Virus record (IMG/VR): IMGVR_UViG_3300033994_001756
Location: 96,001 to 160,000 of that record
Source of the DNA: a virus
Length of the DNA: 64,000 nt
Strand: one strand, 5' to 3'
Shown here: positions 55,001 to 64,000 of the stretch, piece by piece
Position numbering within the stretch: position 1 is the first letter of the stretch
How the letters are laid out: each line of letters opens with the position of its first letter
Program-made: the position numbers and the translations under genes
The notes under the pieces: model-generated
Told to the model about the DNA's origin: nothing
Seen by the model: the letters and a program-made list of their open reading frames with translations, nothing else
The model's database searches: none

Positions 55001-55126
55001 CCAAAAAATAGTGTAATTGAACTATTAGTAAAACCAAAATATCTTGCAACAAATGATTCTATAGTCGCATCAGCATCTTTAGCAAGCGCATTGGCAGTCA
55101 CATTATCAGGCAAATATATAGTATGA
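52013..55126 (+). CDS. Tail fibre protein with internal duplication
   Basis: Repeated GTYTSVTVDAKGRVTAG and NQAELRFLE..NYVG.APAN..LPN.DG..GQAL motifs. Confidence 0.8.
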   Translation: MANYLSDRLKKLQVGISGYTDSIDVANIIGNSTFDGSVELKKSLKDKDGQVGTSGQILASSGTGIQWISAPPGGVSVYEENTLLGNLYGTTEIKFVGNYITATSSGSTATVTLSDLSLDNLTDVVISSPSNNQLLRYNNSNTRWENWIPNFTLGTDTTGNYVANLVAGTGVTLTNGTATEGGTPTISIGQSVGTTDNVSFNNLTVAGTLTVNGTSTVINSTVTTIDDPIITLGGDTAPTTDDSKDRGIEFRWHDGSNAKIGFFGFDDSTGYLTYIPDATNSSEVFSGTLGDIQATNFRGALVGNADTATKWSTKRTLTLSGDVSGTATDIDGSGNISVTSTLASSGVTAGTYTSVTVDTKGRVTAGTNPTTLGGYGIIDALTTSSTSTQSGYFGDIFLYDDSTPSHYLQITNSANLTAERTLSVNVNDADRTISLSGNLTISSNATVSGSNTGDQTIELTGDVTGTGTGSFATTLSNSGVSAGTYTSVTVDAKGRVTAGSNPSIALTDSPSFTTLVNLNNQAELRFLEDTTNGTNYVGLKAPANITTNRIWVLPNVDGTNGQALITDGAGNLSWNTFGGVDFLTSSNTSTQSGYFGDIFLYDDSTPSHYLQITNSANLTATRSLSVNVNDANRTISLSGNLTVSADATVSGSNTGDQTITLTGDVTGTGTGSFATTLSNSGVTSGTYTSVTVDAKGRVTAGTNPTSTGTGNEVRADSPSFTTLVNLNNQAELRFLEASGNGTNYVGFEAPANITTNTIWFLPNADGTAGQALVTNGSGTLSWATAGGGGASGFGGYNNSITSSVFVSVTSGIGTTVASLNDITTGPGIAYTFPSTAGKKYVIESIHVTNTFTNELYFVARHDFNGGSNVPLAQRVIVPYQGAMEFLDQPIIASPSDTIRFQALSNASPTAVGIDGGLDAFIIISEKSDTTYIGTGGIVSTATGTQIFQATTGNAMLQSIKLCNYSLNTDIDASVSIYRGTLASGVRLGYLAFNITIPKNSVIELLVKPKYLATNDSIVASASLASALAVTLSGKYIV
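53177..54360 (+). repeat. ~606-bp tandem internal duplication
   Basis: 89-nt identical blocks at 53177-53265 and 53783-53871; similarity continues downstream of both. Confidence 0.85.
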
Positions 55127-55142
55127 GTTTTAAATTATTTGT

Positions 55143-55802
55143 ATGTCTCTTTTAATTGCTATGCCTTGTTATGGTGGACTTGTCAGTGATAAAACAGCAA
55201 AAGGATTATTTAATCTGGGGAAAGAACTGAGAACCGCAAACATTGACCATGGTTTACTTACAATGGCAAATGAAAGTCTTGTTACTCAAGCAAGATCTAA
55301 GATGGTTAATTTTTTTATGAATAATACAGAATATGAAAGAATTTTATTTATTGATGCTGATGTTGGATTTACTGCGGAAGATGTATTTAATCTTTTAAAG
55401 TACGATAAAGATATTATATGTGGAGCTTATCCTATGAAAGGAATTCCACTTAGATATAATTATAATATTACAAAACCAGAAATAATTGAAGGAGAATTAA
55501 TACAAATTGAAAATATTGGGTTTGGTTTTGCTATGATTAAAAGAAAAATTTTTGAGGATATTTCTCAAAAATATGGTGAAGAATTAAAATACTATCCACC
55601 AACTAATAATTCTACTTTCCCACCAACTGAAAAAGAATATAATAATTCATATCATTACTTTCTAGAACTTAAAAAAGATATGGCATATCTTCCTGAAGAT
55701 TTTTCATTTTTTGAAAGAGCAAAAAGTGTTGGATACACTGTCTGGTTAAATAGTAATATTAGACTCGCCCACGTTGGGTCTCACGTTTATCAAGAAGGAT
55801 AA
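55143..55802 (+). CDS. GT-A fold glycosyltransferase-like protein
   Basis: IAMPCYGG, ESLVTQARS, LFIDAD (DXD), LPEDFSF, LAHVG. Confidence 0.75.
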   Translation: MSLLIAMPCYGGLVSDKTAKGLFNLGKELRTANIDHGLLTMANESLVTQARSKMVNFFMNNTEYERILFIDADVGFTAEDVFNLLKYDKDIICGAYPMKGIPLRYNYNITKPEIIEGELIQIENIGFGFAMIKRKIFEDISQKYGEELKYYPPTNNSTFPPTEKEYNNSYHYFLELKKDMAYLPEDFSFFERAKSVGYTVWLNSNIRLAHVGSHVYQEG

Positions 55803-55806
55803 TTAA

Positions 55807-57633
55807 ATGGCAACTGGTGTTTTTGGACTTAACAGAGTTTATAAAAATCAATACCAAAATGTAAAAAGTAATAATTTTGCAAGTTGGCCTGAGTCTGGCA
55901 ATTATGGTTACTATGCTTCGGGATCCAATCTTAGCACTGTTTTTGCAAGACTTGATTTTTCCAATGAGACTGTAAGTGACCCAGGAAAATATTTACCTTC
56001 AGGATCTAGGCGTTTTGCAATGGGAGTTTTCAATAATTCATATGGGTATGTTGGTGGTGGAGATACACCACCAAATTTTATAAACACTAACACCATTACA
56101 AGACTTGATTTTTCGACTGAAAATGTAAGTCTTCCTGGAAATAATTTACCATCAGCAGGAACAAACGCAGCTGGAGTTTCTGGTAAATCATATGGTTATT
56201 TTGCTGGAGGCAATTATTCAGGATTTGTCTCTAGTAACATCAGAAGACTTGATTTTTCTAATGAAACTTTTAGTATCCCGGGACAAAATATACCTTCAGA
56301 AAGACACTATATAAGGTCAGTTTTTACTGATTTATATGGTTATCTTGCGGGTGGATTTGATCCAGGATTTGTGCTAACTAACACTATACCAAGGCTTGAT
56401 TTTTCTAACGAAACTGTAAGTAGTCCAGGAAAAAATTTACCTTCAGGAAGAAGTAATGTTGGACCAATTTTTAACAATTATTTTGGATATTTTGGTGGTG
56501 GATATCTCAATGGTCCATACATAAGTAATATTACAAGACTTGATTTCTCAAATGAAACTGTAAGTGACCCAGGAAACAATTTGCCTGGTGTACGGGGACA
56601 TATAGCAGGAACTTCAAGTAATACTTATGGATATTTTGGAGGTGGCGGAACTCCTGGATTTGACTCGAATGTAATCAATAGACTTGATTTTTCTAGTACA
56701 ACATTAAATAATCCAGGGAAAAATTTACCTATGATAGTTGTTTCGGCGGTTGGACTTACTGGAGGTAAATCTTATACTAAAATGACCAAAACTTATGGGT
56801 ACTTTGGTGGTGGATACTTTCCAGTATTTGTTAATACAATTTCAAGACTTGATTTTTCAACTGATGGTTTTAGCAATCCTGGAAAAAATTTACCAACTGT
56901 TAGGGGATGGACCGCAGCAGTTTCAAATAATTTTTACGGATACTTTGGTGGTGGAGCTAGTCCATCAATTATCAATACAATATCAAGACTTGATTTCTCC
57001 AATGAAACTGTAAGTGATCCTGGAAAAGATTTACCTTTAGCAAGATATAATTTCGCAGGAACATCAAGTAATTCTTATGGATATTTTGGTGGTGGGGCTG
57101 CCCCAGGAACAGAGATTTGCACAATAACAAGACTTGATTTCTCCAATGAAACTGTAAGTGATCCTGGGAAAAATTTATCATCAGCATTACAAAATTCAGT
57201 AACAGTCTCAAATAGTTCATATGGATATTTTAGTGGTGGACACTCCACAATATCAAGACTTGATTTTTCCAATGAAAATGTAAGTAATCCTGGGAAAAAT
57301 TTATCATCAGCATTACAAACTATGACAGCAGTTTCAAATAATTCTTATGGATACTTTGGTGGTGGGTATTTACCACCATATATTAATACAATTTCTAGAC
57401 TTGATTTTTCCAATGAGACAGTAAGTAATCCCGGAAAGAATTTACCAGTTGGTGTTAGTAGATTGGGTGGAACATCATCTATGTTTTTTGGATATTTTGC
57501 AGGAGGTCAGACTTCACCGACTGTAAGAACTGCCTCTGTCTCAAAGATTGATTTCTCAACCGAAAATATAAGTGCTTCTCCTAGTTTACCAAGTGCTAGA
57601 AATATTTTAACAGGTCTTTCAAACTCAAACTAA
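55807..57633 (+). CDS. Kelch-like repeat protein, 12 repeats
   Basis: 12 copies of YGYFGGG..I.RLDFSNETVS.PGKNLP, ~50-aa period. Confidence 0.82.
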   Translation: MATGVFGLNRVYKNQYQNVKSNNFASWPESGNYGYYASGSNLSTVFARLDFSNETVSDPGKYLPSGSRRFAMGVFNNSYGYVGGGDTPPNFINTNTITRLDFSTENVSLPGNNLPSAGTNAAGVSGKSYGYFAGGNYSGFVSSNIRRLDFSNETFSIPGQNIPSERHYIRSVFTDLYGYLAGGFDPGFVLTNTIPRLDFSNETVSSPGKNLPSGRSNVGPIFNNYFGYFGGGYLNGPYISNITRLDFSNETVSDPGNNLPGVRGHIAGTSSNTYGYFGGGGTPGFDSNVINRLDFSSTTLNNPGKNLPMIVVSAVGLTGGKSYTKMTKTYGYFGGGYFPVFVNTISRLDFSTDGFSNPGKNLPTVRGWTAAVSNNFYGYFGGGASPSIINTISRLDFSNETVSDPGKDLPLARYNFAGTSSNSYGYFGGGAAPGTEICTITRLDFSNETVSDPGKNLSSALQNSVTVSNSSYGYFSGGHSTISRLDFSNENVSNPGKNLSSALQTMTAVSNNSYGYFGGGYLPPYINTISRLDFSNETVSNPGKNLPVGVSRLGGTSSMFFGYFAGGQTSPTVRTASVSKIDFSTENISASPSLPSARNILTGLSNSN

Positions 57634-57637
57634 TATT

Positions 57638-58465
57638 ATGAAAACTTTTTATTTTATGTCTGGACTTCCACGTTCAGGTTCTACCTTACTGACAGCATTA
57701 CTCAATCAAAATCCAGAAGTACATGCATCTACAAACTCTCCACTTTTAGATACAATACACTACACAGAAGAGTATCTTTTATATCAATCAGAACAATACA
57801 AAGCAACACCAAATCCAGAAGGAGCACATAAGGTCTTATCATCAATACCTGATAACTATTACTTCAATATCCCACAAGACATTATTATAGATAAATCCAG
57901 AGGTTGGGTTAATGAAATTCAACACATTCAAGATTATATTACAAAAGAACCAAAGATTATATGTCCAGTCAGAGATATTCAAGATATTATCTCCTCATTT
58001 CTAAATCTTGTTTATCATTCAAAAACAACTTCTTTTATTGACGAAGCACTTATTTCTAATGGTATAGAGATTAATAATGATAATCGTGCAGACTACCTAA
58101 TGTCTCCACAAGGGATTATCGGACAATCATATCATGCACTTTCAGAAGCATTTCGTAAAGGTAACAATAAATATTTGTTATTAGTTGAATACGATAATCT
58201 GGTAAATAAACCACAACAAGAACTTAATCGCATTTATGACTTCTTAGAACTTTCAAAATTTACTCATACTTTTGAAAATATAAAACCAAAATGTGATGAG
58301 AACGACGAAGTTTATGGTTTAGAGAATATGCACACTGTCAGAAATAAGGTTGAAAAAATACATCGTGATAATACAAAGTTCTTAAGTGAGTATGTGATTG
58401 ATAAATATAATTATATGGAGTTCTGGAAATCAAGAACTCAAAGATATTCTATTTTTGGACTCTAA
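57638..58465 (+). CDS. Sulfotransferase family protein
   Basis: SGLPRSGSTLL PAPS-binding loop, DKSR.W, VRD..DIISSF. Confidence 0.85.
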   Translation: MKTFYFMSGLPRSGSTLLTALLNQNPEVHASTNSPLLDTIHYTEEYLLYQSEQYKATPNPEGAHKVLSSIPDNYYFNIPQDIIIDKSRGWVNEIQHIQDYITKEPKIICPVRDIQDIISSFLNLVYHSKTTSFIDEALISNGIEINNDNRADYLMSPQGIIGQSYHALSEAFRKGNNKYLLLVEYDNLVNKPQQELNRIYDFLELSKFTHTFENIKPKCDENDEVYGLENMHTVRNKVEKIHRDNTKFLSEYVIDKYNYMEFWKSRTQRYSIFGL

Positions 58466-60336
58466 TGGCAGTATTTTCACTCAACGAAGTTAAGGTAGAA
58501 CAAGTAAAAAATATTGAAAATAATAACTTCATTAGTTGGCCCGAAAGTGCTAGTTATGGATATTTTGGAGGTGGATATATTGCTGGCACGCCTAGTGTAT
58601 CATCCAATTTTAATAGACTTGATTTTTTCAATGAAACATTAAGTGCCCCTGGAAGAAATTTACCTTCAGCAATATCAAGAGGTGCAACAGCAACTTCAAA
58701 TTTATATGGATATTTTGGTGGAGGTAGTTTTGGTTCAGGTGGAGTGTCTGTAGTCACAAGACTTGACTTTTCTAATGAAACTTTTAGTAGTCCAGGAAAA
58801 AATTTATTTCTTGGATCTAGATTACTTGGTGGTGTTTCTAGCATTTCATATGGATATTTTATTGGTGGGTTTACTCCAGGTTTTGATAGTACAATACAAA
58901 GACTTGATTTCTCTAGTGAAAATGTAAGTAACCCTGGAAAACCTTTGCCTTTTGGAAGGGCAGGGATTGCAACTGTGTCAAATAATCTATATGGTTATGT
59001 GGGGGGTGGTGCGGTAACAAGTTTAATTGCAAGACTTGATTTTTCGACAGAAAATATAACTACTCCAGTAAATAGGTTACCTAATACTAGAGATTCTTTT
59101 GGTGGAGTTTCTAGTAAATTATATGGATATTTTGGAGGTGGTTATACTTGGCCACCAGCTTTAGTATATAATACTATTACAAGATTGCAGTTTGACACCG
59201 AAACCATAAGTAATAATCCTAGCACACTAGCAGGTATTTCTAGAGCATCTCCTTCAACAGTTAACACTGACTCATATGGATATTTTGCTGGTGGATTTTT
59301 CTCACCTCCATATTCATTTGTAAGTACTATAACTAGACTTGATTTTGGGACAGGAAGTACAACTAATTTAGCTAACAATCTTCCACAAAATAATCATGGA
59401 CTATATTCAATGTCTGGTGGGACATCATTTTATCGTGGTTCTAAAACTTATGGATATTTTGCTGGAGGTAATGATCCGGTTCCTTCAGCAATTTCTACAA
59501 TCAATAGACTTGATTTTTCTAATGAAACATTAAGTGACCCCGGAAAAAATCTTCTAGTAAATTGTGGTAACTCAGCAACGGTAGCATCTAATAATTATGG
59601 TTATATATGTGGAGGAAATCGGCCAAGTTTGTTTACTTCTGTAGTGCAAAGACTTGATTTTGTTAATGAAACTGTAACTATCACTGGAAAAAATTTACCT
59701 ATGCAAACTGGTAATGTAACAGGGACTTCATCAAGTTCTTATGGATATATAATTGGTGGATATACTGGGGTGACACCACCAGTATGGTTTACTTCTTTAA
59801 TCAGAAGAATAGATTTTTCAACCGAAAATGTAAGTCTTCCGGGAAAAAATTTACCTGGAGTAAGATATTCTGCGGCAACAGTTGCAAATACATCTTATAG
59901 TTATATTTGTGGCGGTGATATTCCTACTGGTAGAACATCTAATGTTTTTAGACTTGACTTTTCTAACGAAACTGTAAGTAGTCCAGGAAAAAATTTACCA
60001 CTGGCCGCAACAGGTCAAGGCTCAGTTTCTACTAATTTATATGGTTATATTGCGGGTGGATTTGCACCACCAATCAGTACCATTACAAGACTTGATTTTT
60101 CCACAGAAAATTTAAGTCTTCCTGGCAAAAATTTCACAATACCAAGATCTAATATAAGAGGAACACTAAGTAGTTATTATGGATATTTTGCTGGTGGAAG
60201 CAATCCACCAACCTCAGCGAACCTCAGCACTATCACAAGAATTGATTTTATCACAGAAAATTTAAATGATCTAGCAAATAATTTTTCCATAACAAAATTT
60301 TCAGTAAATTCACTGGCAAACTCAAACACACACTAA
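58465..60336 (+). CDS. Kelch-like repeat protein, 12 repeats (paralog 2)
   Basis: Same repeat and same N-terminal ..SWPES.YGY motif. Confidence 0.82.
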   Translation: MAVFSLNEVKVEQVKNIENNNFISWPESASYGYFGGGYIAGTPSVSSNFNRLDFFNETLSAPGRNLPSAISRGATATSNLYGYFGGGSFGSGGVSVVTRLDFSNETFSSPGKNLFLGSRLLGGVSSISYGYFIGGFTPGFDSTIQRLDFSSENVSNPGKPLPFGRAGIATVSNNLYGYVGGGAVTSLIARLDFSTENITTPVNRLPNTRDSFGGVSSKLYGYFGGGYTWPPALVYNTITRLQFDTETISNNPSTLAGISRASPSTVNTDSYGYFAGGFFSPPYSFVSTITRLDFGTGSTTNLANNLPQNNHGLYSMSGGTSFYRGSKTYGYFAGGNDPVPSAISTINRLDFSNETLSDPGKNLLVNCGNSATVASNNYGYICGGNRPSLFTSVVQRLDFVNETVTITGKNLPMQTGNVTGTSSSSYGYIIGGYTGVTPPVWFTSLIRRIDFSTENVSLPGKNLPGVRYSAATVANTSYSYICGGDIPTGRTSNVFRLDFSNETVSSPGKNLPLAATGQGSVSTNLYGYIAGGFAPPISTITRLDFSTENLSLPGKNFTIPRSNIRGTLSSYYGYFAGGSNPPTSANLSTITRIDFITENLNDLANNFSITKFSVNSLANSNTH

Positions 60337-60360
60337 ATAAAATACCTACATCATTTTGAT

Positions 60361-62064
60361 ATGAAATCTGGAGCAACTGAAAGTTCTTTTTATTACCTAA
60401 ATCAACATTATCAATTTCCAAATAATGTTGAAGTTTCAAGAAGTATAGAAGTCTTAGCACAATCAGATAAACAATATAAAATTCTCTGGGCGCATGATAA
60501 CTGTGACCAACCACAACTCTTAAGACTTCCAGAACTTGTATCGCAGATTGATAAGATTGTCTGCGTATCAAACTGGGAAGCAGAGCAATATATCAAATAT
60601 AAGCGAGCACCGGAAGACAAAATTGTAGTCATTCCAAATGGTGTTGCAGATATTTTCAATCTTAAATCCCCAAAATCAAAGACAGCAATCTATTTCTCTG
60701 GGCCACACAAGGGTATTGTACCACTTCCAAAAATTTGGAGGCAGGTGATTCAAAATCACCCAGATGCAAAGTTAAAAGTATTTTCTTCTCATAATCTTTA
60801 TGGAGAACAATACGAACAACACTTTAAGATTCCAGAACACTTAGAGGCAATTGAAGAATTAAAGTCTCTTCCTGGTGTTGAGTATTCTCCTTGTATTGAC
60901 CGTGAAACACTACTACCTCATATCCAAGATGCTGCATTCTTCGTACATCCTAATGTCTGGGAAGAGACCTTCTGCGTGTCTCTAGCAGAGGCAATGGTTT
61001 GTGGGTGTTATCCAATTACCAGTGATATAGGAGCATTAAGTGAAATTTCATTCAATCGTGGTAAGTACATTCCAATGGATGGAAAAAATACTTCGGTTGG
61101 TTGGGAGCCATCTCCCAAGTTTATCAATGAATTCGCGCAAGAACTTTCAAGATGTTTTGAGTTTTTTGATAAAGAACCAGAAACTTTTTATAATGCAACG
61201 AAAGAACTTTCTTGTATCACCAAAGAAACTTATGATTGGAAGAAAATTGCAGTAGTATGGAAAAACCTCATTAATAATATTCAGTCTCAAACAGTAAGTC
61301 GCCCAAAGTATTACTGTATGGTGAATATAAAGTGTTCTGAAAAGTATACTCACCTTGCTTTAGATACATTCTTCAGAAATAGTATTTTCAATTCAAATGA
61401 TAAGTTCTTCTTGATTGATAATGATAAAACATTTACTCAAGACTATGAGAATGTAACAATCATTTCAAACTCATCACCAAAGTCATTTGCAGAGAATATG
61501 AACTTTATTCTCAAACAAGCACTTATCGATGGTGCTGATTTTGTTGGACTGAATAATGATATTGCATTTACAAAAAATTGGAATCACAATCTTGGTGACT
61601 CTAGTAGTATTTCAATTCCATTATGCAATCAACATCTACAGGTTGGTGGACTAAAACCAGAAATGCAACTTGAAGAGTTTGTTGGAAAAGAAGATCAATT
61701 GAATGAGTTAGCACAACATATTACAACAAACAACCAAGATATTCCTACAAATTTAATCAAAGCATTCTATTGTTTCTATGTTCCTCATGAAGTGAGTTCA
61801 AAGGTTGGTCTGCTGGATGAAGAGTTTGGACTTGGTGGTGGAGAAGATATTGATTATACCTTAAGAGCAGAACAACTTGGTATTGAAACTAAGTTTAATC
61901 GTGGTTCATATCTTCTACATTTTTCTCATAGAACATTAGATCATGAGACAGTAGAAGAAAAAGATAAAAGAACAGAACAATTATACCTGCATTTTTGTAA
62001 AAAGTGGGGTAAAGAAATTGCAAATTCAAGATTATCTCTTGCAGTAACTCAAAGATATTCTTGA
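60361..62064 (+). CDS. Fused GT4-like and GT2-like glycosyltransferase
   Basis: VIPNGV, EETFCVSLAEAMVCGC.PITSDIGAL (GT-B); LNNDI, VGLLDEEFG.GGGEDIDY..R (GT-A). Confidence 0.85.
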   Translation: MKSGATESSFYYLNQHYQFPNNVEVSRSIEVLAQSDKQYKILWAHDNCDQPQLLRLPELVSQIDKIVCVSNWEAEQYIKYKRAPEDKIVVIPNGVADIFNLKSPKSKTAIYFSGPHKGIVPLPKIWRQVIQNHPDAKLKVFSSHNLYGEQYEQHFKIPEHLEAIEELKSLPGVEYSPCIDRETLLPHIQDAAFFVHPNVWEETFCVSLAEAMVCGCYPITSDIGALSEISFNRGKYIPMDGKNTSVGWEPSPKFINEFAQELSRCFEFFDKEPETFYNATKELSCITKETYDWKKIAVVWKNLINNIQSQTVSRPKYYCMVNIKCSEKYTHLALDTFFRNSIFNSNDKFFLIDNDKTFTQDYENVTIISNSSPKSFAENMNFILKQALIDGADFVGLNNDIAFTKNWNHNLGDSSSISIPLCNQHLQVGGLKPEMQLEEFVGKEDQLNELAQHITTNNQDIPTNLIKAFYCFYVPHEVSSKVGLLDEEFGLGGGEDIDYTLRAEQLGIETKFNRGSYLLHFSHRTLDHETVEEKDKRTEQLYLHFCKKWGKEIANSRLSLAVTQRYS

Positions 62065-62100
62065 TAAATAACAATAACACTATTAAAAGATTGAATAAGT

Positions 62101-62940
62101 ATGTCTAACAATTATGAAGCAATTGCACTTGCAACATCTAAAGAAGTTTTAGATGATAGTAATGAGTTTATGTTAAAAGTTCTTCAAGAGGCAACTCGTT
62201 GGGAAGAAAGTGAAACTGAACTTGCACAAGGTCGTTCAGATTTTCAGATTGAGAAGTTTATTATTCACGACAATTTCACAATCCCATCAGCATTTAAAGC
62301 TGCACTGATTAATCGTAGAAGTGTAGCCGAAGGACTTCTACAACAAGTCATTGAAGCAAAAAGATCCGCAAGAGAATTTCACTACAAGTGGGATGGAAAA
62401 GATAAAACACAACCCATCTGGTGGAAGACACGTCAAGGTGGAGAAGAACTTTCCTGGTATGATGTTGATGAGTTTCATTTTCATCGTATGCTTGAAGGAT
62501 TGAACCGTGGTTTTAAAGCAGCGGTTGAAGAACTCGAATGCTTCGACAAACTCATTAATCGTTTGATTGAACTGAATGGTGGCAAATTGGTTTCAAGAGA
62601 CCAATATAATGAAGACCAACCAAACTACTGGGAGCGCAGACTTGCAAATCAATCTCTGGATGATTTACTCGCTGCAAGAACTGGTGTAAATGCTGGTAAT
62701 ATTCGTTCTATGAGAAGAGCAAGTGCTCCTACAGTATTACCTGATGATGTAAATCGCACCAAGGGAAGTTTTGGAGATCCAAATAATCCTATGGATTTTC
62801 TGAATAGTCTTCAGCAAGCAGTTGCTTCTGGTATTGAAGAAATTACAGGTATGGATCAACAACTTCTTCGTGGTGTTGAAGAGCAAACACAGAAACAAAT
62901 TCCCGAGTCATTATTTAACCCAGACCTTAGAGTAGAGTAA
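62101..62940 (+). CDS. Hypothetical helical protein
   Basis: 279 aa; GRSDFQIEKF and YWERRL motifs. Confidence 0.75.
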   Translation: MSNNYEAIALATSKEVLDDSNEFMLKVLQEATRWEESETELAQGRSDFQIEKFIIHDNFTIPSAFKAALINRRSVAEGLLQQVIEAKRSAREFHYKWDGKDKTQPIWWKTRQGGEELSWYDVDEFHFHRMLEGLNRGFKAAVEELECFDKLINRLIELNGGKLVSRDQYNEDQPNYWERRLANQSLDDLLAARTGVNAGNIRSMRRASAPTVLPDDVNRTKGSFGDPNNPMDFLNSLQQAVASGIEEITGMDQQLLRGVEEQTQKQIPESLFNPDLRVE

Positions 62941-62945
62941 ATCCG

Positions 62946-64000
62946 ATGCCTGTTATAGGAGACACTTTTGGATTAAATTCTGTTTATGAAAAACAAGTAC
63001 AAAATATAGAATCAAATAACCTTGTAAGTTGGCCTGAAAGTGCAACTTATGGATATTTTTGCGGTGGCATTTCACCTATATCAACTATCAGCACAATTAC
63101 AAGACTTGATTTTTTTAGTGAAATTGTAAGTCTTCCTGGAAAAAATTTACCTGTGGCATTTAATAGTACTGGAACAGTAAGAAGTATTTCTTTTGGGTAT
63201 TTTGGTGGAGGCGGAATTGATGGCGGAAGCGTTTCCACCATCACAAGATTTGATTTTTCTAATGAAACTATAAGTCTTCCAGGAAAGAATTTGCCAATGA
63301 CATTAGCTAGTCCAGGGATTTCTAGTAAATCCTATGGATACTTTTTTGGCGGAAATGGCCAGCCAACCACAATTAGTACAGTCCATAGACTTGATTTTCT
63401 CAGTGAAACTATATCTGCTCCTGGAAAAAATCTTCCAGCAACTAGAACTGATGCGGCAACAGTTTCAACTGATTTATATGGTTATCTTGCTGGAGGATGG
63501 CTAAGCGAACCATCAATTTTTACAGCATATAGTACAATCACAAGATTTGATTTTTCAAATGAAAATATAAGTAATCCTGGAAGAAATTTACCTGCGAACA
63601 TCTATGGTACTCAGGGAATATCTGGAAATTCTTTTGGATATTTTTGTGGTGGATGGAATTTTCCGGCAAGTGGCAGAATTAGTACAGTCTCAAGACTTGA
63701 CTTTTCAAATGAAACTTTAAGTGCTCCTGGAAGTAATCTTCCGGAAGCAAGAAATGTTATGACCGCAGTTTCAAATAGTTCTTTTGGATATATTGGCGGT
63801 GGATTTACAACAGGACGTATTAGTACAATAACAAGATTTAATTTATCCAATGAAACTACAAGTAATCTTGCGGTTAGTTTACCCGAAAGTATAAGTCAAT
63901 CAATGTCACTTTCCGGTGGAGCATCAGTTTATCGTGGTTCTAAGACTTTTGGATACTTTGCTGGCAGATTTCCCTCTGTAAATACAATATCAAGACTTGA
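62946..64000 (+). CDS. Kelch-like repeat protein (paralog 3), 3'-truncated by window edge
   Basis: Read manually: MPVIGDTFGLNSVYEKQVQNIESNNLVSWPESATYGYFCGG..TRLDFFSE. Confidence 0.8.
   Translation, partial: MPVIGDTFGLNSVYEKQVQNIESNNLVSWPESATYGYFCGGISPISTISTITRLDFFSEIVSLPGKNLPVAFNSTGTVRSISFGYFGGGGIDGGSVSTITRFDFSNETISLPGKNLPMTLASPGISSKSYGYFFGGNGQPTTISTVHRLDFLSETISAPGKNLPATRTDAATVSTDLYGYLAGGWLSEPSIFTAYSTITRFDFSNENISNPGRNLPANIYGTQGISGNSFGYFCGGWNFPASGRISTVSRLDFSNETLSAPGSNLPEARNVMTAVSNSSFGYIGGGFTTGRISTITRFNLSNETTSNLAVSLPESISQSMSLSGGASVYRGSKTFGYFAGRFPSVNTISRL

Noticed and set aside
23953-63850. Many antisense and alternate-frame ORFs in the track (e.g. 26843-27535, 27758-28255, 52492-52887)
   Set aside because: They are shadows of long genes, with no recognisable motifs
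55807-64000. CRISPR array or diversity-generating retroelement
   Set aside because: Repeats are in-frame degenerate protein repeats; no reverse transcriptase or adenine-specific TR/VR pair is visible in the window

Overview
A 64-kb, AT-rich segment of a T4-like cyanophage (Kyanoviridae-type myovirus). Left part (1-11 kb): peptidoglycan enzymes, a tRNA cluster interleaved with small ORFs, free-standing endonucleases and several structured non-coding elements, then host-like genes (short SLH/porin-like protein, two hli, petF, psbA). Middle part: T4 core genes (nrdC, rnh, thyX, denV-like, phoH, gp33, gp59, gp32) and the baseplate/tail module (gp53, gp48, gp4, gp2, gp54-like, gp26/gp51, two tape-measure/hub-like muralytic proteins, cp12, gp5). 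Right part: a 4568-aa fibre-like protein, more fibre genes, and a cassette where glycosyl/sulfo-transferases alternate with 12-repeat Kelch-like proteins. Most notable: (1) a tRNA-Asn gene whose anticodon is split by a 46-nt insert that itself folds as a minimal tRNA (acceptor stem plus T-arm), suggesting excision by RNase P and RNase Z followed by ligation; (2) a gp51-like frame with no start codon ahead of its conserved region, overlapping a -1 slippery site at the end of gp26, resembling the lambda G/GT tail-chaperone frameshift; (3) the transferase/propeller cassette. All calls come from reading the sequence and recalling protein families; no searches or folding programs were run.
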